A stretch of DNA of 64,000 bases from an uncultured bacterium (GCA_963772145.1 CAVYVY010000007.1:26942-90941); one strand, 5' to 3'; positions 51,027 to 62,275 are shown, counted from the stretch's first letter. Notes: generated by a model from the letters alone, not told the origin. Numbers and translations: made by a program.

Positions 51027-52414
51027 GCGACGCCATGGAGTTCAAGGGCCGGACCGTCGAAGACGCCATCTCGGAAGCGCTGCTGCGCCTGGGGGCGCGC
51101 CGCGACGAGATCGAAATCGAGGTGCTCGACAAGGGAAAGGCCGGTCTGCTCGGCCTGTTCGGCGGCAAGCCGGCGCGCGTGAAAGTCTCGCGCAAGGTCA
51201 TGCGGAAGACCGACGGGGCCGCCCGGCGCGACGCCCCGACGCGTCCCCGCGGAGGCGAGGAGCGGAGCCGCGACAGCCGCGGACGGGGCCGCGAAGGCCG
51301 GGACAATCGCGAAGGCGGGCCGCGGACGATCGCAACGCCCGCGGCCCGCGCGACAACCGCGAGCCGCGGGCCGCCGCGCGCCGCCGCCGCGCCGGCCAGG
51401 GCGCCGGTCGCCGGGTCGATGCCGGGCGATCGTGATCGCGACCGCGACGGGAACGCCGCCGCCGGGGGCGAGCGGACCCGCCGCCGCCGGGGTGGCCGTG
51501 GTCGTGGCAGGGGCCGCAGCGAGGGAGAGGGGGCACCGCGGGTCGAGCCGGTCACCGCAACGTCGCCGCCGGTTGCCGAGGCGCCGCGCCCGTTCTCGCC
51601 GCCGGCCGTGATTCCGTCGCCCACCGTGCCGGTCGTTGCGGTGCCGCCGGCGGTCGTGCCGCCTCCGGTCGCCGCGTTGCCGCCCGCAGTTTCGCCATTG
51701 CCTTCTCCCGCGCCGTCGCCTTCTTCGGTGCCGGTCGCGGTGTCGCCTCCTGCCGCCGCCGGGTTCGGCGCGCTCATGGCGGCGGCCGAACTGGTCACGC
51801 CGCTGCGCGACGTGCCGGAGGCGGAGGCGCCTGCGGCGATCCAGAAGCTGACTGCCGAATTGATGGCGCGGGCCGGCTTCCCGTGCCGCGTGGAGGTGCG
51901 GCCGGGCGAATACCACGCCGTCAGGATTATGACCGACGAAAGCAGCGCGGCGCTGCTGATCGGGCGCAACGGCGCCACCATCGACGCGATCGAGCATCTC
52001 GTCGAGCGGATGGCGAGCCAGGCGGTGGGGGCGCACGTCCATATGAATCTGGACGTGAACAACTATCGCCGGCGGCGCGAGGAGCGGCTGGTGCAGCGGG
52101 CTCAGGAGATCGCGGCGCGGGTGCTGCGCAGCGGCGAGCAGGAGAGCCTGGAGTCGCTGCCGGCGCGCGAGCGGCGGGTCGTCCACCTCGAGGTGGCGAA
52201 GGTGTCCGGGGTGCAGACCTTCACGGTGATGAACGAGGAGGGCAAGCACGTGGTTGTGGCCCCGGCCGGGGCGACGCCGCCGGACGGGGTCGCGACCGGC
52301 TCCGGCGCCGACGCGGACCACGCGGAGCCTGCCGAGGGCGCGGACGATTCCGGCGCGAAACCGGAGACTGCCAGCGGGGGCCGCTCCGACCCGCCCGACG
52401 CGCCGGCTCTCTAG
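51023..52414 (+). CDS. jag: Jag/KhpB-like RNA-binding protein (Jag_N, KH, R3H) with a roughly 200-aa low-complexity insert
   Basis: The ATG at 51023 overlaps the yidC stop (ATGA). N-terminus MEFKGRTVEDAISEAL..LGLFGGKPARVKV. KH-like LLIGRNGATIDAIEHLV. R3H-like ARERRVVHLEV. The linker is RG-rich, then P/A/V-rich. Confidence 0.8.
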   Translation: MSDAMEFKGRTVEDAISEALLRLGARRDEIEIEVLDKGKAGLLGLFGGKPARVKVSRKVMRKTDGAARRDAPTRPRGGEERSRDSRGRGREGRDNREGGPRTIATPAARATTASRGPPRAAAAPARAPVAGSMPGDRDRDRDGNAAAGGERTRRRRGGRGRGRGRSEGEGAPRVEPVTATSPPVAEAPRPFSPPAVIPSPTVPVVAVPPAVVPPPVAALPPAVSPLPSPAPSPSSVPVAVSPPAAAGFGALMAAAELVTPLRDVPEAEAPAAIQKLTAELMARAGFPCRVEVRPGEYHAVRIMTDESSAALLIGRNGATIDAIEHLVERMASQAVGAHVHMNLDVNNYRRRREERLVQRAQEIAARVLRSGEQESLESLPARERRVVHLEVAKVSGVQTFTVMNEEGKHVVVAPAGATPPDGVATGSGADADHAEPAEGADDSGAKPETASGGRSDPPDAPAL

Positions 52415-52491
52415 AGTCCGGATCGCGATGGTGGAAGGTGGGGGCGGCGCGCCGGCGCCGCCCCCTGTTTGTCCTGAACGGAGGCCGGAAC

Positions 52492-53880
52492 ATGGCGCAG
52501 GACGGGGGCTCCGCGGAGCCGCGCCACGACACCATCGTGGCGATCGCCACCCCGGAGGGGGCGGGAGGACTGGCGGTGGTTCGCGTGAGCGGCGCGGCCG
52601 CGGTGGCGATCGCGGCGGCGCTGTTCCGCCCGGCGCGCCCCGGGGCGGCGCTCGCCTCGCACCGCGCGCGGTTCGGGCTGATCGTCTCGGCGGCGGGGGA
52701 GGCGCTGGATGAGGCGCTCGTGCTGCCGCTGCTGGCGCCGCGCAGCTACACCGGCGAGGACACGGTGGAGTTCCACTGTCACGGCGGACGCATGCCGGCC
52801 CGCCGCGTGCTCAATGCCTGCGTGGCGGCCGGGGCGCGCCCGGCCGGTCCGGGCGAATTCTACACGCCGCGCCTTCATGAACGGCCGGCTCTCGCTCGAC
52901 CAGGCCGAAGCGGTGGCCGATCTGATCCACGCCGAGGACGAATGGACGGCCGCCGCGGCGCTGGCGCAACTGCGGGGGGGGCTGCGACAGGAGGTCGCGG
53001 CCATCGAGGGGCCGCTGCGCGACCTGCTGGCGGATCTCGAGGGGAGCGTGGAATTTGGCGAGGCGGGGCTGGCGCGGAGCGTGGGGCGGGAGCGGATCGC
53101 GGCCGACCTGCGGGACGCCTGCGGGGGACTGGACCGCCTGCTCGCTTTGGCGCCGGCAGCCCGGCAGCTGCGCGACGGGGTGCGCGTGGTTCTGGCCGGT
53201 CCGCCCAACAGCGGCAAGAGTTCGCTTTTCAACGCGCTGGTGGGACAAGAGCGGGCGCTGGTGGACGCTGAACCCGGCACGACACGCGACGTGGTTTCGA
53301 GCCAGCGTGCGGTATGGCGGCCTGACGTTCGTGCTGCAAGACACGGCCGGCCTGCGCGAGGGCGGGGGGCGAGTGGAGGGCCGGGGCATCGATCTCGCGC
53401 GGGCCGCGGTTGCCGAGGCCGACATCGTGCTCTGGCTGCACGACCTTACCGTGCCCGGGGCTCCGGATCCGGACGAAGCGGTGGCGAACGGCGGGGCGAG
53501 CCTATTGCGGGTCGGCACGAAGTCCGATCTGGCGGTCGGGGCGTCAGGCCCGGCGGGTGGCGCCGTCGTTACCTCTGCGCGCACCGGAGCGGGGGTGGAG
53601 GCGCTGAGGGAGGCACTGTTGGCGGCGGCCGACGCCGCCGGCATGCGTGAAGTGGCCCGGTCCGGTCTGCTGCTCAACGCAAGACATCAATACAGATTGA
53701 TGGATGCCCGCGAGCCGCTGGCGGAACTGCTCGCGGCGGTCGAGGCGGGCGAGGTCGGCGAGGAGATCGTGGCGAGCCTGTTGGGGGCCGTTCTGGCCCG
53801 GTTGGGCGAAATCAGCGGTCGCGTCTTCACGGAGCAGGTGCTGGGCGGACATTTTCGCCCGGTTCTGCGTGGGTAAATAG
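52492..53880 (+). CDS. mnmE: tRNA modification GTPase MnmE, three frame breaks
   Basis: DTIVAIATPEGAGGLAVVRVSG, SYTGEDTVEFHCHGG, RRAFMNGRLSLDQAEAVADLI, GPPNSGKSSLFNAL, DTAGLRE. The ending DIFARFCVGK is reached only in the start frame (TAG 53878-53880). Confidence 0.9.
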
Positions 53881-53902
53881 CCGGCGAAACGACACATCAA
53901 TA

Positions 53903-55815
53903 ATGGCTGATAGTATTCGAAGTGATTGTGGTCGGCGGGGGCCACGCTGGCATCGAGGCGGCTCTGGCCGCGGCGCGGCTGGGCCGCGACACCGCCCTGC
54001 TCACGCACGACCGGCGCGAGATCGGCCGCATGCCGTGCAACCCGGCGATCGGGGGGCTTGGCAAAGGTCAGCTGGTGCGCGAGATCGACGCGCTCGGCGG
54101 CGAGATGGCGCTCGCCATCGACGCCAGCGGCATCCAGTTCCGCCTGCTGAACCGACGCAAGGGGCCGGCGGTCCGCTCGCCGCGCGCCCAGGCCGACAAG
54201 CGGGCGTATCAGGCCTACATGCTCGGCGTGGTCGAGAGGCAGCCGAACCTGACGATCGTGGAGGGGGAGGCGGCCGACCTGCGGGTCGACGGCCCGGCGT
54301 CGGGCGTCCGCCGTATGGCCGGAGTGGTGACGGCGAGCGGGTTGGAGCTGGCGGCGCCGAGCGTGATCGTCGCCACCGGCACCTTCCTGCGCGGACTGAT
54401 GCACGTTGGCGACGATCAGCGAGCCGGCGGACGGGAGGGAGCCGCCAGCGCCGAGGGTCTGAGCGGCGTGCTGCGCGCACTCGGCTTCACGCTGCGCCGC
54501 CTGAAGACCGGCACGCCGATGCGCCTGCGGCGCGACACCATCGACTTCGCGGCGCTCGAAGCGCAGCACGGCGACGCCGATCCGACGCCGTTCTCGTTCC
54601 GAACGACGCGGTTGATGGTCGACCAGGTGCCGTGCCATCTCACCTGGACGAACGCCGGCACGCACGCCGTCATCCGCGAGAACCTGCACCGCTCGCCGCT
54701 TTACGCCGGCGCGATCGAGGGGCGTGGACCCCGCTATTGCCCGTCGGTCGAGGACAAGGTGGTCCGGTTCGCCGACCGTGGCCGGCACCAGATCTTCCTC
54801 GAGCCGGAGGGGCGCACGAGCGAGGAGATCTACGTCAACGGGCTGTCGACCAGCCTGCCGGCCGAGGTGCAGGTGGCCCTGGTGCGGACCATCCGGGGCC
54901 TGGAGGAGGCGGAGCTGCTCCGCTTCGGCTACGCCGTGGAGTACGACTCGCTGCCGTCCTGGCAGGTGCGCGCAACGCTCGAATCAAAGAATATTGATGG
55001 GTTGTATTTTGCCGGGCAGATCCTGGGCACGTCCGGCTACGAGGAGGCGGCCGCCCAGGGCCTCATGGCGGGTCTGAATGCAGCGCGCAAGTTGAATGCA
55101 TCAATCTGCCATTGATTGTTGGTCGGGGTGATGCCTACGTCGGCGTGCTGATCGACGACCTGACCACGAAGGAGATCCTGGAGCCGTACCGCATGTTCAC
55201 CTCGCGCGTGGAAAGCGACGGCTCGCGCTGCGCTGTGACAACGCCGAGGCGCGCCTCCTCCCGTATGCGCGGGAGGGGGGCCTGCTGGCGAAAGAGCAGC
55301 TCGATGAAGTTGACAGCCACACAAAAGCAGCATCGCAGCTGCGCAACAAACTAGACGCCTGGCGCCTGCCGGATCCGGATGGAGGGGGCCGGGTGACCGC
55401 CGCCGATCTTGTGCGTCGCGCCGACGGCAGCCTGGAGGATCTGCTGGCCATGGTCCCGCACGATGACGGGGGGGCGTCCGCCGCGGATCTTCCTGACTTC
55501 GCCTCGCCCCGGGGGCGCCTGCTCTGCGCCACGGTCGAGGCCGACGTCAAGTACGAGGGCTACATCATCAAGCAGGACAAGATGTTGCGGCAGATCGCCC
55601 ACCTCGACGCCGTGCCGCTGCCGCCCGATCTCCCGTATTTGACGCTGAGCGCGCTCAGTTTCGAGGCGCGGGAGAAGCTGCACCGGATGCGGCCGGACAC
55701 CCTGGGACAGGCGGCCCGCATCGATGGGGTCCGACAGTCCGACCTGGCCGTGCTGGCCGTTCTGCTGCGGCGCTACCAGGCCGGTCCGGCAGGCGGCCCC
55801 GGAGGGCGGACATGA
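53903..55815 (+). CDS. mnmG: tRNA uridine 5-carboxymethylaminomethyl modification enzyme MnmG, two to three frame breaks
   Basis: [84 protein letters not shown] (ORF 53922..55115). Continues with [24 protein letters not shown] and VKYEGYI in other frames. The start could be ATG 53903 or GTG 53922. Confidence 0.9.
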
Positions 55816-56516
55816 CAGCCGAGACCAGGGATCGGCTGGCGATCTACCGGCGCGAGTTGTTGCGCTGGAATGTCCACACCAATCTCGTTTCTCGCGAGAA
55901 CCCCGATCGGCAGGTAGCGCTGCTGCTTGATCAGTGTGCTGCGGCCTGGGAGGCGCTGGTAGTGGGGCTCGGCGCTCTGGCGCCGGCAGCCGCGGAGGAC
56001 CTGGCGCGCGGGGGCGTTGGCTACGTGGATATCGGCTCCGGCGGCGGGTTTCCCGGCATTCCATGGCTTCTGGCCGGGATGCGGGCGCCGCCGGTCGTCT
56101 CCTGCCTGGTGGAGCCACGGGCGAGGCGCGCCTGGTTCCTGGAGCGGGTGGTGGCGCTGGCCGGGCTGAAGGGCACGGGCGTGCTGGCCGCGCGCTGGGG
56201 GGCGGAGCCGCTGCCGATCGATTCCGCGGCCACCCCCGGAACCTGGGTCCTCTCCCTCATGGCGCTTCGTCTGACCGATCCCCAGGTGCTGTCCGGCTGG
56301 CGTCGTTCGTTCGGTGGGGAGGGGAGGGGCGCCGCGCCGCGAATCGTCATTGCCCGTGTCCGGCCCACTACCCCGGCAGGGCCAATCCCTGCGGCGCTAA
56401 GAGGGGAACTCTCTCTGCCGGGCGACGAGAGCTGCCGGCTCCTGCCGTGCGGGCCCGCAGAGTCGGGGTCCAGTCTTCTCCTCTCTATATATGGAGGGCC
56501 CCTGGCAACGAAGTGA
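55812..56516 (+). CDS. rsmG: 16S rRNA (guanine527-N7)-methyltransferase RsmG
   Basis: ORF 55812..56516. The ATG overlaps the mnmG stop. YRRELLRWNVHTNLVS, VDIGSGGGFPGIP. Divergent C-terminal half. Confidence 0.75.
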   Translation: MTAETRDRLAIYRRELLRWNVHTNLVSRENPDRQVALLLDQCAAAWEALVVGLGALAPAAAEDLARGGVGYVDIGSGGGFPGIPWLLAGMRAPPVVSCLVEPRARRAWFLERVVALAGLKGTGVLAARWGAEPLPIDSAATPGTWVLSLMALRLTDPQVLSGWRRSFGGEGRGAAPRIVIARVRPTTPAGPIPAALRGELSLPGDESCRLLPCGPAESGSSLLLSIYGGPLATK

Positions 56517-56768
56517 GAAGCGACCCCGTCTCTGCCGCAGTTCGCCAGGTTCCACGGGGAACCCGGACGCTCTGTGTCGTGCCTGCTGGCGGGTGTTCCA
56601 TGTAGAACGTTGCCACCGGATTGGCGCAACGCTCCCCCCACTGCCCATTCCTGGACAAAGGGCTGGACAGCGTGGCCCGCGCGCCTATAACTTGCCGTAC
56701 CGTCGCTATTCTGGACGCCCGGCCCCGCCGCCCGCCAGCGGTCGCCCTCGCAGGCGCCAGAAGGAAGG

Positions 56769-57583
<815 letters not shown>

Positions 57584-57587
<4 letters not shown>

Positions 57588-58555
57588 AGCAGGGGCGCGT
57601 GCTGGGCAAGGGGCTGTCGGCGCTGATCTCCGGGGGCGGAAGGGCCGGGCCGGCTGGGCGAACGGGAGGTGCGCCACCTGGCGCTCACCGTGATCGGCCT
57701 GAACCCCAACCAGCCGCGTAAGTCGTTTGATGAAAACAGCTTGAGCGAACTCGCCGATTCCATCGTTCAGGTCGGCGTCCTGCAGCCGGTGCTGGTGCGG
57801 CGGCTGCGCGCCGACGAGAACAGTGGCGCGGCTGACCGATCTGCCGGGCGGCCCGCCGGCCGAAACACCGGGCGATCCGGTCTACTGCGTGGTGGCGGGG
57901 GAGCGACGGGTGCGGGCGGCGCGGCTGGCGGGGCTGTCCGAGGTGCCGGCCATCATCTGCACCTATGAGGAGACCGAGGCGCTGCGGGTGGCGCTGCTGG
58001 AGAACATCCAGCGCGAGGACCTCAACGCGCTCGAGGAGGCCGCGGCGTACCGCCGGCTGCTCGACGCCTATGGCGCCACGCAGGAGGAGCTGGCCACGAT
58101 GCTCGGCAAGAACCGCAGCACCGTCACCAACACCCTGCGCCTGCTGGTGCTCGATGAGGAGATCCAGCAACTGCTGCGCGACGGCGGCATCACCCGCGGC
58201 CACGCCAAGGCGCTGCTGTCGGTGCCGGACGCCACGGCGCGCCTGCGCCTGGCGCGGCTCTGCCGCGCGCGCGGGCTGTCGGTGCGCGAGTGCGAGCGGC
58301 GCGCGCAGGCGCTGGTGACGGGGGGCGCGTCCGGCGCGCCGCGCGGCGGGCGCAAGCGCGGCTCCGCCGCCGCCGGCGAGGAGACCCGCGAGGTGCGCGC
58401 CCTGCGCGAACGCGCGGAGCGGCACCTCGGCGCGCCGGTGCGTCATCGAGCGCGACGCGAAGACGAAGCACGGCGCCATCACGGTGCGCTTCTTCTCGGA
58501 CGACGACCTCGAACGGGTTCTGGCGGCGATGGGCGTGGACGCCGACCTGTCGTGA
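57584..58555 (+). CDS. parB: Chromosome partitioning protein ParB/Spo0J, three frame breaks
   Basis: The ATG at 57584 overlaps the parA stop. GKGLSALI, NPNQPRKSFDENSLSELADSIVQVGVLQPVLVR, VAGERRVRAARLAGL, ENIQREDLNALEEA, HTH QEELATMLGKNRSTVTNTLRLL. Tail ITVRFFSDDDLERVLAAMG ends at 58553-58555. Confidence 0.9.
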
Positions 58556-58654
58556 ACGCCCGCCCGCGCGACGGCCGCGCCGACCCGCCGGCTCCGCCGG
58601 CTCCGCTCAGGCTGCGCGCGCGCGCTCGGCGCGCGGCTGAACCTGCTGCTGACC

Positions 58655-59960
58655 GTGCTGGTGGTGCTGACCTCGGCCGTCGTGCTGCTGCTGCTGGCCG
58701 AGCTGTGGAACGTGCTGCACCGCGAGCCGTCGCTGCGGCGCGCGCTGCGCGAGGCGCTCGCGGCCGATCGCAGCCTCTGGCCGCTGCTCACCTCGCCCGT
58801 GCTGCACCTGATCCTGCTCGGCGCCGGCTGGCTCTTCTGGTTCTCGCGCCGCCGCCGCCACCTCGAGCAGATGCGCCTGCGCCGCTCCGAGAGCAAGTAC
58901 CGCAACATCATCAACCACGCCGGCGAGGCGATCTTCCTGCTCGACGCCGAGGGGCGCGTGCAGGAGTGGAACAAGGCGGCCGAGGCGCTGTTCGGCGCAC
59001 CGCGCCGCGACGTGCTGTCGCGCCCGTTCGCCGACATCCACTTCTGCTACGGCATGGAGATGGACCGGGCCATGGCCGACGCCGAACGCCTCGGCCGCAG
59101 CCTCACCTTCGAGTTCCCGTTCCCGCGCGGCGGTCGCGGCGGCGGGCCAGATCTCGCTGACCATCTCGCCCACCAGCGCCAGCGGCGGGGCGGGCGACCA
59201 CACGCGCGCCTATGTGGTCATCGCCCGCGACATCACCTCTGAGAAGCAGCTTGCCACCAAGATGAGCGAGACCGAGAAGCTGGCCGGCATCGGCCAGCTC
59301 GCCGCCGGCATCGCGCACCAGCTCAACACGCCGCTCGGCTCGATCCTGCTTTCGGCGCAGATGCTCGAGGAAACCATCAAGGTGGACGACGAGCTGGAGG
59401 ACGTGCGCCGCATCATCCGCCAGACCGAACAGTGCCGCGGCATCATCAAGGGACTGCTCAACTTCGCCCGTCCCTCGGGCGAGGCGCGCGGCGTGGTCAA
59501 CCTGGCCGATGCGGTCAGCGAGACCATGCATCTGCTCGACAAGACGATCCGCCTCGCCAACGTGGAGGCGACGATCGAGGCGTGCGCGCCGGCCTTCGTG
59601 ATCGGCAACCGCAACGAGCTTGACCAGGTGTTCTTCAATCTGCTCGCCAACGCTCTCGACGCCATGCCGTCCGGTGGCCGGGTCACGGTGACGATCGGCG
59701 AAGGGGAGCCGGGCGAGACGGAGGTGGTGTTCGCCGACACCGGAGAGGGGATCGCCGCCGAGGTCCACGATCAGGTTTTCCTGCCGTTCTTCACCACGAA
59801 GGAGTACGGCAAGGGGACCGGCCTCGGTCTGTCGATCGTGGCCCGAATCGTTCACGAGCACGGAGGCCGCATCGACATGGAGAGCCGCTTGGGCGAGGGG
59901 ACCCGTTTCACGCTGACATTCCCGCGGCCGCGCACCCTGCCGTCCGGACAGGAGGGCTGA
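58655..59960 (+). CDS. Membrane-anchored PAS sensor histidine kinase, at least one frame break
   Basis: ORF 58655..59242 (two TM segments, PAS: SESKYRNIINHAGEAIFLLDAEGRVQEWNKAAEALFG) joined to ORF 59214..59960 (H-box LAAGIAHQLNTPL; N, G1 and G2 boxes NLLANALDA, DTGEGI, GTGLGLS). No adjacent response regulator. Confidence 0.8.
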
Positions 59961-59963
59961 CCC

Positions 59964-60812
59964 GTGCCTTTCCTGCATCTGCCGCCGCGCGCCCGCCTGA
60001 TCTACATCCCTGGCGACGACCGCCCCAGCCACGAGTTCGTGCTGCGCCGCCGCCTGCTGGCGATCGTGCTCGGCGTGGCCGCCCTGCTTGCGCTGCTGGT
60101 GGTGACCTTCCTGGCGACCTACGCCGTGCTGGTGCTGCGCTCCTCGCAGGTGTCGCGTCTCCAGCGCGAGCTGCGCGACGCCTCCGACCAGCTCGAGCGT
60201 GTCCGCGAACTGAACAAGGAACTCGACCAGATGCGCCGCATGCAGGACCAGGTCCTGACCATGCTTGGCGTGACCCCCGTCGCCCCGACCGGCGCCGCCA
60301 TCCCCGGCTCGCCCGCCCCCACGCCCCCCGGCGCCGCACGACTGCCCGAGGAACCGGCCCGTCGTCCCGCCGGCTCCCCGACCGGCGCCGCCGGCCCCGG
60401 TCTCGGCCTGATCGCCGCCCCCCCGCCCGACCTCTGGCCTGTCTCCGGCTATGTCACGCGCGAGTTTACCGCCGCCGACAGGGACGGCAAAGGGGCCCAC
60501 GCCGCCCTCGACATCGTCGCCCCCCTCGAAACGCCCCTGAAAGCCGCCGGCAAAGGGATCGTCACCGCCGCCGGCTGGGACAATTTTCTCGGTAACTATG
60601 TTGAAATAACCCACGGTTTGGGGTATGTAACGGTCTACGGCCACTGCAGCCGACTCTCGGTGAAGGAGGGCGACCGCGTGGACCGCGCCCAACAGATCGG
60701 CACCCTGGGCGGCACCGGCCAGGCCAGCGCCCCCCACCTGCACTTCGAGGTCTGGAAGGACGGCGCGACCCTCGACCCGCGCCTGGTCATCCCCGGCGAT
60801 CCCCCGCGCTAA
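59964..60812 (+). CDS. Bitopic M23 family metallopeptidase (short cytoplasmic tail, TM, coiled coil, Pro-rich linker, LytM domain)
   Basis: GTG 59964 after GGAGGG. TM segment LLAIVLGVAALLALLVVTFLATYAVLVL. HAALDIVAP, ITHGLGYVTVYGHC, SAPHLHFEV. Confidence 0.85.
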   Translation: MPFLHLPPRARLIYIPGDDRPSHEFVLRRRLLAIVLGVAALLALLVVTFLATYAVLVLRSSQVSRLQRELRDASDQLERVRELNKELDQMRRMQDQVLTMLGVTPVAPTGAAIPGSPAPTPPGAARLPEEPARRPAGSPTGAAGPGLGLIAAPPPDLWPVSGYVTREFTAADRDGKGAHAALDIVAPLETPLKAAGKGIVTAAGWDNFLGNYVEITHGLGYVTVYGHCSRLSVKEGDRVDRAQQIGTLGGTGQASAPHLHFEVWKDGATLDPRLVIPGDPPR

Positions 60813-60837
60813 CCCGCGGTTACGGGAGGCAAGAATC

Positions 60838-61272
60838 ATGTTCGGAAAAGAAGCGGAAACCCAGGACCCCCAGCCCGATCGCACCGGCACCCAGACCTCC
60901 ATCCTGGCCCAGGGCTGCAAATTCGAAGGTAAGATCGAGGTGCGCGGCACCCTGAGGATCGAAGGTGAATTCAAGGGCTCCATCGAAACGCCAGAAAACC
61001 TGATCGTTGGCAAGACCGGCGTCGTCCACGCCCAGTGCAAGGTCAAGAGCGCCGTCATCGGCGGTCAGCTCTACGGCAACATCCAGGCCGAGAACAAAAT
61101 CGAGCTGCAGGCCGGCTCCCGCCTCGAGGGCGACATCCGCACGAAACGCCTGGTGATCGACGAAGGCGTGGTGTTCGAGGGCAACTGCAGCATGGGCGGT
61201 GGCAAGGCGGCGCCGCTGGTCGCCGCGGCTGCGGCGGGTGCCGGCGGGGGGATGGATCCGCTGAAACGGTAG
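60838..61272 (+). CDS. Bactofilin (polymer-forming cytoskeletal protein)
   Basis: ORF 60838..61272. Repetitive beta-helix pattern: FEGKIEVRGTLRIEGEFKGSI..LIVGKTGVVHA..VIGGQLYGNI..IELQAGSRLEGDI..LVIDEGVVFEGN. Confidence 0.85.
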   Translation: MFGKEAETQDPQPDRTGTQTSILAQGCKFEGKIEVRGTLRIEGEFKGSIETPENLIVGKTGVVHAQCKVKSAVIGGQLYGNIQAENKIELQAGSRLEGDIRTKRLVIDEGVVFEGNCSMGGGKAAPLVAAAAAGAGGGMDPLKR

Positions 61273-61433
61273 AGCCGCCGATCGGACACAGCCCCGACGC
61301 GCCCGCACGCGTGCACCGCCCACGGCGCCCCGCTCCCTGGTGCGGGAGCCGGTGATTGTCCTCCTCGCGCCAGGCGCCGCGGTCGGCCCTGCGGTGGCCG
61401 AACCCCGCCCGCCATTCAACTGTGACGATATGC

Positions 61434-61462
61434 TTGCAAATTCATCTCTATTCTGATAATAT
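61434..61462 (+). promoter_or_regulatory. Candidate sigma-70-type promoter
   Basis: TTGCAA (61434-39), 17 nt, TAATAT (61457-62), in a low-GC patch 50 nt upstream of ATG 61512. Confidence 0.45.
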
Positions 61463-61511
61463 GCCGGCCTCGGAATCCTCTGCAGCCCCAACTCTCGCCC
61501 CGGAGGAGATC

Positions 61512-62225
61512 ATGAAATCGACAGCTAAATTTTCATTTCTGCTCGCCCTGGTTCTGCCCGCCATCGCTTTGGCGGGAGCGCCGCTGGAGGGAACCTGGCT
61601 CTCAACCGATCTCGGGGGGACGGTGCCGGTCGGCCGGTACACCGAGAGTTGGGCCGCGGGCGGGGGGGCCATGCAGGCCGGGACCACGCTCAACGCCTCT
61701 TCCTGGGATGGCATCACGCTCGGCGGGTCGTGGGCCTATTCGTGCGCGACCGAATTGAGCGATGCGGTGTTGCTCGATGACCTGGTGAATGCGCAGGGGT
61801 ACGGCACCCGCACCTGGCGCAAGACGTTTTCGGGCGGCACGATCTGGCTGAGCGGGAGCGGGCCGTGGTCCACGGGGGACGCGGAGTACACGGGGCCGAT
61901 CGTGTCCTACGTGGAGATCGAGACGGTGACCTATGTGGCTTTCCTGCCGATTGCGTCGACGACCAACATCCAGGCGTCGGCGATGATCACCGGGTACGAC
62001 TCGCTCTGCCTCGGGTTCACGGTCGGCAATGGCGCGAAAATTGGCGACACGCTCTCCGGCGGAACGTTGCCGGCCGGCTATCCGGCGCTGTTGACCACGG
62101 ACTGCAATCCTGCCGGCATCAACGGGGCGTGGTGGAATCTGGCGCAGTTGACGCTCTACATCACCGGCTGCTCCGTTGGCGACGAGGAGCAGAGCTGGGG
62201 CGGGATCAAGGCGCTGTACCGCTAA
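61512..62225 (+). CDS. Secreted hypothetical protein
   Basis: ATG 61512 after GGAGGAG. Signal peptide MKSTAKFSFLLALVLPAIALAGA. Gly/Thr/Trp-rich. C-terminus EEQSWGGIKALYR. No family recognised. Confidence 0.55.
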   Translation: MKSTAKFSFLLALVLPAIALAGAPLEGTWLSTDLGGTVPVGRYTESWAAGGGAMQAGTTLNASSWDGITLGGSWAYSCATELSDAVLLDDLVNAQGYGTRTWRKTFSGGTIWLSGSGPWSTGDAEYTGPIVSYVEIETVTYVAFLPIASTTNIQASAMITGYDSLCLGFTVGNGAKIGDTLSGGTLPAGYPALLTTDCNPAGINGAWWNLAQLTLYITGCSVGDEEQSWGGIKALYR

Positions 62226-62275
62226 AGCATTTCGGGTGGGATTCCCCGCCGCGGGGTGATTGCCTCCGCGCGAAG

